From Balanoglossus misakiensis (lineage: Eukaryota; Animalia; Hemichordata): DNA of 64,000 bases. The translations under genes were made by a program, and so were the position numbers. The stretch is from contig CM082586.2 of NCBI GenBank assembly GCA_040954595.2, forward strand, positions 2,795,124 through 2,859,123, given 5' to 3'. Positions 60,941 to 64,000 of this stretch are shown here, piece by piece; position 1 is the stretch's first letter, and every line of letters starts with the position of its first letter. The notes beneath the pieces were generated by a model. That model searched no databases and was not told where the DNA came from. It saw only the letters and a list, made by a program, of their open reading frames with translations.

Positions 60941-63900
60941 TTTTCATAAAGCTACTTCTGATCAGATGTCCTCATAGGTTAAAATAGTCTCGTCTGACCT
61001 GACCTATAAAACTATGAATATTTCTGTTCAATATGATATTAAAAATAATATATACATGTACAGACAGGTCATGAAATAGCTAATGTACTACTGAGGATTT
61101 CATTATACCCTGCTGTAAAAATACAACTTCTGGTCAAAAATAATCAATATACGTTGCCTAGTTTACAAGGAAGTACAAATGACTATGATGTCGTCTGTGA
61201 ATTTATGTATATTGAAAGAAACACCTCAGGTCTATAAACTTGGTGTAAGAGGCACTTAACAAGTGCCACCTTTGCCTGGGTTCAATGTTGATGTTTAGAT
61301 TTCTAAAGTATGTCAAACACAAATATTCACATTCCGGACGTTCCGCATACGATGGGTTGTTGGGCCGGAAAGGAATAATGTTGTCTGTCAGAATGGAAAC
61401 AACAAATAGTGATGATATTGCATTAGAAAATACCAGTAGGTTTATTGAAGATGATGTATGGGAAGTGAGAGGTTATTTAACAGCTCCCGGAATGAGACAT
61501 GCCACCGTGGCTGCCACAACAGTCTAGTGTTTCAACACATAAATCAACGCTTTATTACTGTAACAACAAGGAACACACATCTAATATTTAGTAATTTATT
61601 CACAATATTCTGACCCAGAAAACCACTGGAGAGTAGCGAGAGAGATGAACCGATCACTTGTTGCTGGTGAACTCTCTTATTCATCAATTTCAATATTTTT
61701 ATTGCAGTGAATCCCTACAGAGAGATATTCCATTCCATGCGTGACAGCCCTGCACGGCTCGCCATCCAGGCATTTACAAATTCTGCAAAATAACTCGCTC
61801 TGGAGATAAATGTTTATCCGGAAAAGAAATCAACACCCTACTGCTTTTCGCAAAAAGGAGGCGAGACTCATTTTGGGTTCTCACGGAAAACATTATACTA
61901 TCATGATTTCGTTGAAAATGCAAAAAAACGGGTAAAATAAAATGTCACTCATTATACAGCCTCTGGCGTTAAAACTGCACCATTTATTTACAACAAGAAT
62001 CGCTGACAGGCATACTTTCAGAGCCTGTAACATGTACCGAGTTATCTTAGTTTATTCCTCTTCGCAAATTTGTCCAAATCTTGCTCATTTTGCTACAATT
62101 ACATCAATCAAATACACACAGTGCTTTTCGCTAATTAAGGGTATTTAGAACCCATATAAATGTTACCAGGGTTCGAGAATTGTTTTACCAGGGTTCCCTT
62201 TGGTACATATGTACTAAGACATCACATTACATGTACCAGGGTCCTTAAAATCATTTTACACTGATGTGTTAAAATCACTCTTCCGTAGTTCAGCAGCTTT
62301 GTTCAAAAGATGTGGTACTGTATTCATGTATGTGTGTACATCTGTAGGTTTGATACTCGAACAAGTGCATCTGACCTTTTGCAATCAGCATCCAATGGCC
62401 ACTGCACTTTCTACATCATTGTTTACCCCTGAAAACAAAGCAAGCACCAGGTTTTTAAAAACCTACAACTTCAGCACTATGATCGGATCTGAATGCCTAT
62501 GTAATTCCATTTGTCTGCAACCACAGCCCATCAGCTGCTACTCAGACCATAATTCAATTTCATACTGATAATTGCATTCGATAAGCGACAGCAATGATCG
62601 TGCGTTGCGATAAGACCCCCGGCTGAGATTAGCGAAATGAACATGATCACGGAACGCTTGAAGGGCGAACGGGCTGCCGATCACAGCCGACTGCACGCTC
62701 ACGACTTACTTCCAACAATGGGACTCCGATCAGCCAGAAGCTGGGAATTGTGAGGAGAGATCGGCTTTCCCTTGAAGTCAGGGCTCCAGCTTTGCGTGCC
62801 AAGGAAGTGACTCGTCAGATGGACAGTGGCATGTACATGTAACGGGGCTGTCAATGCCAACATTCCCTGAATGAAACATCTGAATCATTTCACATGTGTT
62901 GCCATACATGAGGAAACTGTCAGGGTTTAATCGCCCGGCAGTATCTATCATGCATAAAGCACGCAACCCCAATCATGGGAATATAGTGAGAATTACTTCC
63001 ATATATTGTTGTTGTCAGCCCTGGCACAATCTCCAAAGCCTGTCTTGTACAATTGCCTGTCATTCTTTCCCACAACTACATCAAAGTGACAAGTTTTGTT
63101 CCCCGGTGTGTCCTCGCCACCATAGGCCTATCAGCAAGTCTGTTTCAATTCTATCCCAGCCAAGAGACACGTTTCCGCAATCCATCGATATTCCCGACCG
63201 CAGACTATGGCAATTAAAGTACCAAGTTTTACAGAACCAACCATTCCACACAATCTGATGGTGATAGACCTCGGCCTGCTCCAAAAGATTATCCAAATGA
63301 ATATGCAACCGCCTTAGGGGATGTGCCTGCATTACTACAAACAACAGAGCAATCTGGAGGTTGTTTGCATCCACCGGCTGTAATTAAGTTACAGAAGTAA
63401 AGCCCTAGAAGTGTCCTCATTTAGGGTAATGCAAACATTGTGGAGTGTGCCCCCAGACCGTGCCTTCGGGGATGAATTCTTGAAGGAGGGCGTTTCCATG
63501 GATGTGAAAATAGGGCATGTGCTTTGATGTTGATGTTCTCACTGTGTGTTCTTATACAGATGTATCTTTTGAAGCAGAAGGTTCAGTTTGATTTACGCCA
63601 GTGAAACACCAGGTAATCACATCAGTGGACTTTCGTTCTCATTATGACTGACTCTTGTTATGCCATAAAATTCATCAAAGTCGGCCCACTGGTGATTTCG
63701 TTGGCAAACTTCATACTTTCCATGTCAGGGCACTTCGACCGACTGCCCATCCTTCAAACAACGGTTTCTGGGGCAGGTACAATTCATTGTCAATAACCCA
63801 GTGCTGCAAGCATATTACAGTTTTTTTCAGCGGAACGACACCATAAATAATGCCACTCTGTCCATTAATGAACTAGGCTGTAAGAATCACATTCTCAAAT

Positions 63901-64000
63901 GGTGACAGCTGGCATGCAGACAGGAAGTATTATGTGACAATCAAATTAGTTTTGTGGACATACACCAATTTCAGCCAGGTTTGCGTGAAATCTGCTGTTG

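Overview
Eukaryotic, intron-rich genomic DNA, most likely from an invertebrate deuterostome (hemichordate/echinoderm/amphioxus-like; this is inferred from gene content). The ORF track mostly shows single exons or noise, so I assembled gene models by hand from GT-AG sites and reading-frame phase. Five protein-coding genes are supported. (1) A cytosolic coiled-coil-ZU5-UPA-tandem death domain protein (UNC5CL-like, +, ~890 aa). (2) A 30-exon secreted mosaic protein (+, ~1822 aa) with the order signal peptide, C-type lectin, 2 kringles, F-type lectin, hevein-like, F-type lectin, (hevein-like-CUB)x4, CUB. It ends in a complete three-module PCSK9-type C-terminal Cys-rich domain but has no subtilase domain; this is the most unusual item in the window. 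(3, 4) Two head-to-head FAM198/GASK1 Golgi kinase paralogs. (5) The 3' portion of Scribble (-, LRRs plus 4 PDZ), whose first exons were not found in the window. Also present are a recent exon-plus-intron triplication, an orphan decayed F-type lectin exon, a 26-bp minisatellite next to a Scribble donor site, a Helentron-type non-autonomous element and small MITEs. Domain names come from motif recognition only; no searches were run.
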